NCBI RefSeq assembly: GCF_052425735.1
Contig: NC_135761.1
Span: 33,728,001 to 33,792,000, forward strand
Reading direction: 5' to 3'
Length of the DNA stretch: 64,000 nt
DNA from: Oculina patagonica
Lineage: Eukaryota
The notes under the pieces are model-generated. The model saw only the letters and a program-made list of their open reading frames with translations. It had not been told where the DNA came from and did no database searches. Shown here one piece after another: positions 21,465 through 33,366 of the stretch. The number at the start of each line of letters is the position of its first letter. The first letter of the stretch is position 1. The position numbers and the translations under genes were made by a program.

Positions 21465-24400
21465 ATAAATTCATAATCATCTTGGCTGATGGATTTAATT
21501 ACACTTGTTGCACTTTCCCTTTTTAATAATCCTCCCTTTCTAAATTGTTTTTTTTTGTTATACTCTCCTACTCCCTCTTTAAGTTTTAATTATATCAGTA
21601 AACAGATCAATTAATTGATTGTATTTTTTTAGAGAATTAGTGTCCCACAAAGTGTACCTCCATAGTACCTTGCCAGCTCAGTAACTCCCGATCGCCGTTT
21701 AAACGAAGACGAGCGTCTAATGCATCCCTTATCTGGAGATTGCAGAAGATACATACTTGGTGATAGATTTCATTCTGCTAGCAATCAACATAAATCGAAA
21801 CTATGTGCATTTCACGACATAAATCTATGTTTGCAAGCCAATAGCCTGGAGACAAGCTATCAGGAGTGTGAGAATATCCGGAAAAACATTTGCAGGTTGC
21901 GAAGTGCATGTGTTCAAGGTGTTGGCATTTTTTTCTACAAACGTGTCACTTCTCGGCCTGATCTGTTTTCATTTGAATGTTGTAAACCCAAACCAAGTCA
22001 ATTTCTTTGGCTAATCAGAAAGCCATTCATATAATACAGTGAACAAATCCAAACTTGAAGTAATTAATCACAGTTGACATAAAGCGCGGGAAAACACGTA
22101 CGTGCACAGGCGACTCTTACCCCCAAAAATTGAAACTTCACAAACAATTAGATTAACTGAAATGGTCCATTATTGAGAATTTTAAACAAATCACCCTTTT
22201 GACTCTGGTACAGAGTCGATTTTTCCCCAGAATCCAGATTAAACACGATCAAGTTTAGCAATGAAACTCTGTTTCTCTCATTGCTTTATCTCCAAGCCAC
22301 AGACGTAGTCAAGTGAGCGCTTTGTGATATACGCTAGTGTTTTATATCTAACTACATATATTTCCATTGTGGATACTGTCTGGAACAGGGTAACTATTTT
22401 GAAGATTAATTCGAAGTTTATTATTTTCAAAGTTCTCTTTTTTTCTTGCAGTGCTTGTTTTTAATGTTAGATCCGTGCTGATGTCTCATTTTTCCTTCTC
22501 AGTTGTCACAGGACGAGGATGTCCTTTTTTTTCATTGTTGGTGATGGGGGACAAACTTCAGAAGAAGAAAAAGTTGAACGCTTCGGAGATTTTTACTTGA
22601 AGATAGTCGGGGAAATAACTGAGGGAGGCTTCTGGGTCTGCTCCTTTGGTACCAGAGTTCTAGGAAGGCTGGTGGAAAGGTACTGTATTACACATCACAA
22701 ATCCTTTTGGCAGTTCTCGTTTACTGCTTTCATACAACCTTTTTAATTTTTATTCTCAGGAGAATTGTGTTACATCCCAGTGCAATCAACTCCAAGTCGA
22801 ATTTTTTGCAGAAAACTCGGAAAAGCTTTGGTGGCGGTACCTTCAACTTAAGAGAAGGTGAACATTTGGAGAGATACCATGCATTCCTCAAAGAGGAGTA
22901 TTACCAAAGCTCAATTAGGCGATATTATGCTCTCATGCATAGAAAAGCAACCAATGGGGAATGATTATTGGTGCTTTTCAAGAGAGGTGGGAAAGATTTT
23001 TAAGTTTATTTGTAACTTCCACCAGTTTGATATTATGGGTAACATGGCTCAGAACTTTAAAATAACTGGGGAGTAAACGGTGTACAAAAATATGGCGATC
23101 GAGGGTGAAACATTTCTACTCGTCGATCGACACATTGATATATCAATCGACCAGTATATTGATCAATGTCATTAAGTTATTATTATTATCAAGTGTTATT
23201 TGTTGGAATGAGAAATTTCAGTGGGAAATACAAACAAGGAAGGTTTAATAAATTTTATTTTTAATACTGCTGGTCCTGCTTGATGACATATCTCACTTTC
23301 AGTTTCATCTTAAAGAGATGCCAGTTTACGAAACACCATTGTGGGTATCAAGAACACGAGAATATTGTCCAAATCCCAACGAGCACATGTACTTATTCCC
23401 TGATCCTAGACTTGGACCTTGTGAGTGAATGGCATCCTCTACGACTTTGAGGTGTACACTGGAAAAACAACCAAGGCACAAGCAAATCCAGAATTACTTA
23501 TGGGCGACAATGATGTCTTTCATACACAATCACTGACACAGAATGTGAATCATAAGGTTTTCTTTGATAATTTTTTCTCTTCAATAGCTATCACGAACTA
23601 TTTGAAACACATGCTTTGGGGGCTGTTGCAACCATCCGCAAGGGCCGTTTGTAAATAATATCGTATTTTAGCATTTTATTGTAACTAAGGGCAACAAGGT
23701 TATCAATAACCTAATTCAATAAAGTATCTTTTTATCTCCTGGCAGGAAACGAGCTATAAAAGAAGAAAGGTCATGGGTCGTTTTTTCACAAGTTGCTTAA
23801 AGTGGAGCTTTTCCTCTTACCGGTACCTAAGTTTTCATTCAAAAAAAGAAAAATTAAGCCATAGGGCAAAATAAATATAAAAAATAATAAGGCTTGAAAA
23901 GTATGGAACAGTTCAGGGAATCAGGGATAAGGTTTTTATGTCAAACCTTCAAACAGATGTGGGACAACACCTTTGGACATCTTCCTAGTTTTTCTTGTTT
24001 CACTGGGATGAAGAAAAGCAATAAAAATGCTATGCGAAGGACATTCTAGGAAAGATGACAATGTACTATGTGATTTCAAATGATTTGCAAATGAAAAGAT
24101 CACAGGAAAATGGTGGTTTAAAAGCTAGCATGCAGACGCTGAGCAATTTTTCATTGCCATTGAGTGACTTTTGGTTTAACCATGCAGTCAACTAAAAGAT
24201 GACATATTCTTTTCAATTTAAAAAAATGGAAATCCTAGTTGTTCTCAACTAAGAAGAGCTAAGTACTGCCTTATTTAAATCGCAGTACAGCACTGTGCTG
24301 CGCGCTGTGATGTCCTTCTTTCATCTACACCCTAAATGGTGTGGTTTTCAGTATTTACATGTAGGAAGAAGACAAGAAGAAAAAGACGAAAAACTGCAAG

Positions 24401-25612
24401 TTTAAGAACTCAAGAAGAACAATTATCATTACAGGCATTTGTAAACCAAAAGCCATTTTAATAATTTTAGTGCTAAACAAATCACATTGTTTAACCCAAT
24501 AAGTATCAAGTAAGACAAGCAAAACTAACCACAACATAGGTTGTACCCTGTCCTTACAAACCCCTTTAATGCCGCTGCTTAATTAGCTCTTGCATGCATA
24601 TGTCTAAATCGACTTCCTCAAAGTTATGCTGTTTAGAAATAATAAACTGTCTTAAATACTTCAGCACTGGACTAAAATTAAGTTCCCAACAAGTATACAA
24701 CATTTTATATATTGTTTATTTATCTTGTTCCTGTTATCTTTTCAATCGACTCGATGCAGCTTCAAATTACTGTTTACTACAGATTGTAGTGTTGAGCTGG
24801 TAATCAACTTCCCTAAAAGAGATATTTATCAATGTACATCCACACATTTACATACAGACAGACAGACAGACTTATTCCCCAGTTTTGGCTGCATAACATT
24901 AAGTGTTTAGACCAATCACACACACACAAAAGTGAAAGTGAAGTGAAGGGGGAAAAGAAAGAAAAAAGTATTAATCACAATTAGGCAGCCAGTAGTCTTG
25001 ACTATACAACATATTACAAAACATTGGTTTTAATTTTTAGGAGAATAGTTTTGCCACCAAGTTCATTTGATTCGGATTTAAAGTTCCTCAAAAACACCAG
25101 AAAAAGTTTTGGTGGTGGAACTTTTAATGTCAGTGATAGTGTCCTGCTCAAGAGGTACTTCGTCTATTTAAAAGATGAATACTAACAAGGACATTTGAAA
25201 GTCCGCCGATACTTTGTAGCAGCCTGCATTGGTTTGCAGCAGAAAGGGCAGGGTAATTGGTGCCTATCTAGTAAATGTGTGATTGTGCTAGCATGTACTC
25301 TGTTTCATAGTTCCATATCCAAAATAAAAAAGTGTTGCAGAAGGAGCAGCAACGTTATCTATTTTTGGACACCAAATTCCAACCTTTTCAAGTGTCCATA
25401 AACAGATTCTTGGTGGAGAATCAAAACCACCTGTCTGGCATTGTACAAAGGTATGTTAATTCAGTTGCCAAAACCAACATCAATAGCATAAGTCAATTTT
25501 ACTCATAATATTCAGATTTATTTGCGTTAAACAGAGTAATTCAGAGTACATCTGCTTCGGGGGTATTTTCTTACAAGAACTTTTCGTTACAATATCAACT
25601 TTGCAATAGCAA
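21465..25612 (+). repeat. Mosaic repeat unit, copy 2 (most divergent; lacks the small hAT insertion)
   Basis: Blocks homologous to 6195-6650, 7240-7790, 1870-2440, 2445-3600 (partly deleted) and 4280-4970. Confidence 0.85.
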
Positions 25613-25639
25613 AATGGTTGATAATTATACCAAGGAAGA

Positions 25640-26105
25640 AGTGAACTTTAGAGATCATCTCTCATCCCAGAAATAAATCGCAGAATAAACAGAACAAATG
25701 AGTATTTTCACCCTCGAGGACCACAACCATGTTTTGAAAAGAATCACTAATTGCACAAGGAATGGGGATGTGCCTGATGTTGGCGTACGAGCATTTGTTG
25801 AAGCCCTACACAACCCAAACACTGGTCTTACATACACTGCCTTGAAAGGACAACACAAGCAGTCTGTTCCAGATTGTGAGCAGGTATTCTCACGTGGTGT
25901 CATTGAGTTTATGGAGAGAAATGGGCACACAAGCACTGCTCGTTTTGTGCGTGTGGTACACAATTGGCACAGGCTAGTGATGGACGTGGCTTGAATGAGG
26001 AGACCCCAAAGAAGTACAATTTAAAAATGCTTGATTACCTTCTAGAGGACTGGATGCCTTGGTATGAATCAAACAGGGACTATTCTACCATGGATGTTAA
26101 TATAG
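25640..26105 (+). pseudogene. P-element-like transposase fragment
   Basis: LEDHNHVLKR (DxxH) ... KQSVPDCEQVFS ... ARFVRVVHNWH.. DGRG...LLEDWMPW; frameshifted; ends at a GT donor. Confidence 0.5.
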
Positions 26106-26992
26106 GTATGCATTATTTCAACTTGTGATGTTTTTTTGAAAGTGGATATTATTGATGGGCATATTTTGATTCATTGCTCAGAATAAAAAGGATAACTTGA
26201 ATTACAAATAAGAATGTCAAAAACTGAAAATTTTAACTGAGAGCATCCAAATGCCAAAAGATCTGAATCTTCAGTGACAACAGCATAATATATAGATTAA
26301 GGCCAGCCTAAAAGCGGACCTCCCCATTTATTTAACTTTCACTGGAGCTTACAATGTTTTCATTATAGTGAATAAGCGGCCAAAGTACTAATGTTTACAG
26401 TGGTTTATAGGTGCAAGGCAAATTTAAATCGCTCACCGTTAAACTGAAATTCTGCGGTACAGTTAATTATATGTTAATCATTTGTTTTCACTACAAAAAA
26501 GAAGAAAGGTCATGGGTCGTTTTTTCAAAAGTTGCTTAAGTAGAGCTGCTACCTTAGTTTTCATAAAAAAAAGAAAAATTAAGCCATAGGGAAAATAAAT
26601 ATAAAAAATAATAAGGCTTGAAAAGTATGGAACAGTTCAGCGAATCAGGGATAAGATTTTTACGTCAAACTTTCAAACAGATGTGGGACAACACCTTTGG
26701 ACATCTTCCTTGCGGAATGTCAATCCTCCAAGTTTTCCTAGTTTTCAATCTTTCTGTCAATATGTCTCAAAACATCCAATGAAATTCATGATCTTTTCCA
26801 GTTAGCCCATCCCACTTTGGTTAACCCTGGAAGACATCTCTGAAATCTCTGGTCCATCTCTGCCCTCCATTGCTTGCCGTTGTTTGTGTTAAACTCTGAA
26901 AAATGAAAAGAACATCGATGGCAATTCAAAAAAAAAACTACAAGGAAATGGCGTCAGGTGCAAGTTAGTAATCAACTTAACTTAATAAAGCC

Positions 26993-27030
<38 letters not shown>

Positions 27031-28647
27031 ACTAGTTAAGGAAAAAGATTGGCTTTGGTACGTCACAGGACTATTTCAATTGCGTTTAAGAAAAGTTTAC
27101 AAAGAAGAACTGCTTATATTGTAATGAAGAAGAAGAGGTTTATGGAGAACAGCAAATCAGCTAGAAGGGTAGGAAAAAAAAAAGCTGGAGCACCATGACA
27201 ACTTGCAGATAGTTAACTGATATCTGAATTATTTTCTGATGAAATGGTGATGAGAATTAATTCCTATATTTTTAAGCGGGGGATAATGAAAAACGTACTG
27301 GCTGATCTATTTTTTCCATGTGACAAGCACCACTACATATTTTATGCCGACGAGAGAGGACTGCTAGCCACCTTAGCGGTGAGCCCGTTGTAAAATGGAT
27401 TACAAGACTAAATATTTCTTTCATTGGGATGAAGAAAAAAAGTACAAATGCTATGCAAAGGACATTCCAGGTAAGACAACAATGAACTGTGTGATTTCAA
27501 TTACTCACGTAGCAAATGAAAAGATCACAGAAAAATGGCGGATTTAAAGCTAGCGTGCAGCCGCTGAGCAAATTTGCATTGCCATTGAGTGACTTTTGGT
27601 TTTAACCATGCAGTCAATTAAAAGATGGCATATTCTTTTCAATTAAAAAAAAATGGAAATCCTTCTTTTCTCAACGATGAAAAGCTAAGTACTGCCTTAT
27701 TTGAATCGCACCACAGCACAGTGCTGTGATGTCCTTCTTTCATCTACACCCTAAATAGTGTGATTGTCAGTATTTACATGTTGGAAGAAGAAAAGAATAA
27801 AAAAAAGAAAAAGAAAGTAAACGAGGATCAAGAAGTACGTTAAAACTGTGTGTTTGAGAACTCATTTGTTAATCAAAAGCCATTTTAAAAATTTAAGTGC
27901 TAAACGAATCACATTAATAAACCCAATAAGTACACACGGTAAGACACGCGAAACTAACCACAACAAAGGCGTAGCGTCCATATACGTACAAATGCCCATG
28001 CATACAGCTGACATCTGGGAATTTTATTTTTTTTGGAATTACCTAAAAACGTTTTTTATCATTTTATTTGCTGGCTGATAATTTAATATTTGTCACATTA
28101 CACTAGCGTTTTTTATCAGATTTCCCTTTAACTAAGTATTGATCATTCAGTGCTGGCCACTAATGGCAAGATGCATTTAAGTGGTAAGTAAAAATAGAAC
28201 AAAACGCCTCATGTACTCCTCCCTCAAGGTCAGCCTCGCCAGTTTCCCCCGGGTATCTAGAGGAAAGGTTACTATAGCATGGGAATCTCTGAGGATGAGT
28301 TTAAAACCAAAGTCACTAGATGGAAGCATAAATGGAGTGGCATGGATCCAAATGTGAAGCTGCATACTTTGGTTGAGACTCTTGACCACGCAAACTCCCA
28401 ATTTTATCTCAGTGAATATGTTGCTCTCGTAACATTGTTAACTTATCCTGTGTCGAGCACTGCCGAAAGTAGCTTCAGTAGTATAAAAAGACTTAAATCT
28501 CCTCCGCGAAGTACGATGACGGACGAAAGATTAAGCTCCATAGCAATCCTCCATATACATAAACACAAGAACGTGGATATTGACAGTGTAGTAACGGGGT
28601 TTGCCGGTCTTAAGGCTTGACGCCTCGCAATTTGCTCGTGACCTGTG

Positions 28648-30277
28648 CAGGGGTTTCAATTGAAGCTGGCAACCGGCGAATTTCGCCGCCTACTTTCCAA
28701 ATCATCGCCGCCTACTTTCTAAGACCTTCTAACATTAAATTTCATTCGAGTTTCTTGAGTTTCTCGAGTCATACAATTTCTCAAAGCTCAAAGTCAAAGC
28801 TCTACAAGAGAACATCAACAACCGATTTGACGAGAGCCTTCGTGTCCTAACTGCATTCCGCATATTTGATGTCACTGCCATTTCCAATAGATCTGACATG
28901 GGATTTAAGGAGTACGGAGTCAAAGATGTGGAAATTCTGGCTGAACACTTCTTCCAGAAAGAGCCCGATGAAAAGAAAAATGAAAAGAAGCAGGAACTCC
29001 TCTCTCAATGGCAAAAGTTGAAATATAACTTTTTGCAAATAAGAGAAGACATTCCACCTGAAATTGCTAAGCTAACAAACAACATGATGACCAAGTCCCC
29101 AACAGAATGGCTTCTAGAGCAGATGCTCTCACTGCATTCAACTTACCAGCATTTTTTTCCTGGAATGCTCCGCATTGCTGAGGTATGCCTTTCTTTGCCA
29201 GTAAGCAACGCTTGGCCTGAAAGGGGCGCCTCAGCAATCAGGCGCATTAAGACGTGGATGAGAAGCACAATCAAGGATGATATGCTTGAGGCACTGATGC
29301 ATATTTCTATTAATGGTCCAAAGGTGAAGGAATGCAGTGGTGTTGTGAAGGAGTCGGTCCAACAGTGGTTAAAGGAGAAGCCTAGAAGAAAGCTGGCCAA
29401 GAAGACTGCAACTGGTAATCGTAACACCTGTACAGTTTCAACCAGTGATGCTGCAGTTCAAGTGGAGATTTCTGAAACTGAAGACGAAGAGCCTGAGAAT
29501 ATTGCTGAGAGCGAAGTAGTTCAGATTGAGGAGGAAGATCAGCTTCAACTTGAGGTTAATGCTGCTATTGCAGTGATGAAACTACCAGATGGTGAAGACA
29601 GTGACTCAGATAGCGCTTTTGAGTCAGACAAGGATTATGACTAACGTTATAGTTATGTGCGTCATACTCTGAAGTTATAGTCTAGCAAAGCGTGCTTCGT
29701 CCTTGCTAACTTGTCCTTGGATAACAGTTCTTTATTTATCCAATGCTGTATTTAAATATCTTTTTAGGTAACGAGCGGTTTTTAGTAGCTTTTACAAGTC
29801 ACATGTGGAAATCAGTAATGAAATATGCTAGTGACCATAGATCGATAGTAAGACAACAACAAAGCAAGATGAACTTTCATTTCATTTGTAAACATTGTTT
29901 TCCTGTTTCATTTGATGTTATACTTCTGGACTTCAGCTATGCATCTGCGAATGCTTCACATTGCTGTATAATGTATATAATGAAAAATTCCCAACATTCA
30001 GTATTCTATGGGTGACGTAATCCTTTTATTGAAATTAAACTTCACCTGAAAAACTAAAAATAGTTGTCACTTATGCTGTTGTTACTTAATCAATAATTAG
30101 TACTGAAATGGATGCCAGAATGCAGGAAATGGCATTTCCGAGCCTCTAGATGTAAAAAATTTCTGGGGGGGCATGCCCCCAAACCCCCCTAGGGGGGGGT
30201 GGCCTTACGGCCCCTCCATGTCACAGCCGCCTACTATAAAAGGGTCTGCCGCCTACTTCAAAACTTATTAAGCCCTG
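28648..30277 (+). mobile_element. Internally deleted hAT element (ZNF862-like transposase C-terminus)
   Basis: Left end CAGGGGTTTCAAT, right end CTTATTAAGCCCTG, GCCGCCTACT subterminal motif twice at each end; absent from the other unit copies. Confidence 0.8.
28898..29644 (+). pseudogene. hAT transposase C-terminal fragment (ZNF862-like)
   Basis: FPGMLRIAEVCLSLPVSNAWPERGASAIRRIKTWMRSTIKDDMLEALMHISINGP plus acidic tail. Confidence 0.85.
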
Positions 30278-30338
30278 CTTAATATGCTCTTGCATTAAAA
30301 ATTATTTGATAAAAGTTGACACTGGCTTAAAATATGTA

Positions 30339-30374
30339 CAGGACGTTTCAGCTACTGCTGTAGCCTTCTTCAGC
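30339..30374 (-). ncRNA. Penelope-type minimal hammerhead ribozyme core (remnant)
   Basis: Minus strand: CUGAAGA-aggctac-agca-gtagct-GAAA-cg-UC; stem I poorly paired. Confidence 0.55.
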
Positions 30375-33366
30375 AATATGTAAACTTCCCTGCTTGATAG
30401 GTACTTTGTCTTCTTGAAAGATGAATATCAAACAGATACAAAAGTCAACGATACTTTGCAGCAGCCTGCATTGGTTTGCAGCAGAAAGGGCAGGGTTATT
30501 GGTGCCTATCTAGTGAGGTACCTGCAAGATTAATTTGTTTTAAAATGTCTCACCATGCCTTGATTTTAGAGTAAGAAATGGTGTAAAAAATGCTACACAG
30601 GAAATGTGTGATGGTGCTAGCATGTACTCTGTTTCATAGTTCAATATCCATAAGAAAAAAGTGTTGCAGAAGGAGCAGCAATGTTATCTATTTTTGGACA
30701 CCAAATACCAACCTTTTCAAGTGTCCATAAACAGACGCTTGGTGGAGGATCAAAACCACCTGTCTGGCGTTGTACAAAGGTATGTAGATTCAGTTGTCAA
30801 ATCCAACATCAATAGCATAAGCCAATTCTACTCATAATATTCAGATTTATTTGCATTAAACAGAGTAATACAGAGTACATCTGCTTTAGGGGTTTCTTCT
30901 TACAAGAACGTTTCGTTACAATATCAACTTTGAAATGGCAAGCGTATGAATAGAGAAGGGCGGTAAACCAGGATCCGTTTTTTTCACTGGAACGTACTAA
31001 GCAGCTTTTCCAGGAACTTGACCGCTAGAGATTTCAATGAAAGAACCTGGGCATCAGTTAATTAGAGGAGGGTCTGAGATATTGCAAATTGAAGATTAAT
31101 GCTAAACCCTTCGTTCCATGTGCTCGATGGCGAAGCGCTGCAAAGATTTTCGAATTTTTCTCACCAAACACATCTTTAAAACCCCGCACACACTGAATGG
31201 AAAGCTCTGAAGAAGAAGATTTTTCTGATGATGATATTGTCGATATTTTTGGTGAAAGCGAAGACGAAGATGATTTTGGTGGGTTTAACTTTACCCTTCC
31301 TGACAAACTGGGAAACTGATGAAGGAGGAGCGAAGACGCGCCGATTTTACGAACAGAATCCTTGCAAGGTATTTAGCTGTGACAATGTTGGTCCAACAAT
31401 CGATGAACTACCTGGTGAGAAGAGACCTGTTGATATTTTTCAACTCTTTATCAGCGATGAACATTGGGAAAAAATCGCTTGATGGACGAATGAATGGGTT
31501 CAAGTTACAGAACCAAACAAACACAAAGCACCCCGATCACCGACCTTGCTGAATTGAAAGCGTGCACTGGTGTCAACCTTGCAATGAACCAAAACATCGA
31601 TATGAGCATTACTGGTACTTTCGCCAAGACAAGTCAAAATTGCTTCTTATTTACAATACTAAGTACGTATTTTGTTCATGTGCATCATAATCCCCAGAAT
31701 GCTACAGTCTCAAATACACCACGAAAAACACTTAGCCACACCTGGTACATAGTTTGTTGATCTTGACAAAGTAACGCAACAATCGTTTGCAGAATATTTA
31801 AGTAAAATAAATTTTATTGAACGGGTTTATACTATTGAAAACACGGTCCTTTCTGCTCATCATCTGTTCACAAGGGAGCATCCCCTGGTGACAAACAACA
31901 TGCAGAAAATATGAAAAGCATGGCTGGGGAAGTAGTAAAATGCATTGGTACCAGAATTTTCAATAAAGAAACCTTTTCAGTGCATCAGAGGAATGCCCTG
32001 CAAGAATCTGTGCGTGATGCAACAGATTTATTTCTCTCTTTGAAGTATCCACTATTGCTTTTCATTTGTGATACACCATGTGGTATTGTAAGGCATATGG
32101 ATTGCCATACACCTGATGTGGGGGAGAAGCTGTGGGAAAAATTCAGTGGATGTTTCAAGGTTCCTGAAAGCGACAGATAACCATCACAAGTGTGAAACTT
32201 CTTAAAGAAACTAAAAATTTAAGAATTGGCATTTGTGAAGATGTTCTCTAAATTCATAATCATCTTGGCTGATGAATTTAATTACACTTGTTGCACTTTC
32301 CCTCTTTAATAATCCTCCCTTTCTAAATTGTTTTTTTTTGTCATACTCTCCTACTCCCTCTTTAGGTTTTAATTATATCAGTAAACAGATCAATTAATTG
32401 ATTGTATTTTTTTAGAGTATTAGTGTCCCACAAAGTGTACCTCCAGAGTACCTTGCCAGCTCAGTAACTCGCGATCGCTGTTTAAACGAAGACGAGCGTC
32501 TAATGCATCCCTTACCTGGAGATTGCAGAAGATACATACTTGGTGATAGATTTCATTCTGCTAGCAATTCACATAAATCAAAACTATGTGCATTTCACGA
32601 CATAAATCTATGTTTGCAAGCTAATAGCCTGGAGACAAGCTATCAGAAGTGTGAGAATAATTGGAAAAACATTTGCAGGTTGCGAAGTGCATGTGTTCAA
32701 GGTGTTGAGGTCCATTTTTTTCTACAAACGTGTCACTTCTCGGCCTGATCTATTTTCATTTGAATGTTGTAAACCCAAACCAAGTCAATTTCTTTGGCTA
32801 ATCAGAAATCCATTTATATAATACAGTGAACAAATCCAAACTTGAAGTAATTAATCACAGTTGACATAGAGCGCGGGAAAACACGTACGTGCACAGGCGA
32901 CTCTTACCCCCAAAAATTGAAACTTCACAAACAATTAGATTAATTGAAATGGTCCATTATTGAGAATTTCAAACAAATCACCCTTTTGACTCTGGTACAG
33001 GGTCGATTTTTCCGCAGAATCCAGATTAAACACGATCAAGTTTAGCAATGAAACTCTGTTTCTCTCATTGCTTTATCTCCAAGCCACAGACAAAGTCAAG
33101 TGAGCGCTTTGTGATATACGCTAGTGTTTTGTATCTAACTACATATATTTCCATTGTGTATACTGTCTGGAACAGGGTAACTATTTTGAAGATTAATTCG
33201 AAGATAATTATTTTCAAAGTTCTCTTTTATCTTGCAGTGCTTGTTTTTAATGTTAGATCCGTGCTGATGTCTCATTTTTCCTTCTCAGTTGTCACAGGAC
33301 GAGGATGTCCTTTTTTTTCATTGTTGGTGATGGGGGACATACTTCAGAAGAAGAAAAAGTTGAACG

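Noticed and set aside
25262-25285. Precise intron loss (RNA intermediate) in copy 2
   Set aside because: The deleted segment resembles GT..AG but the junction lacks about 4 extra bases, so it is not a clean splice product
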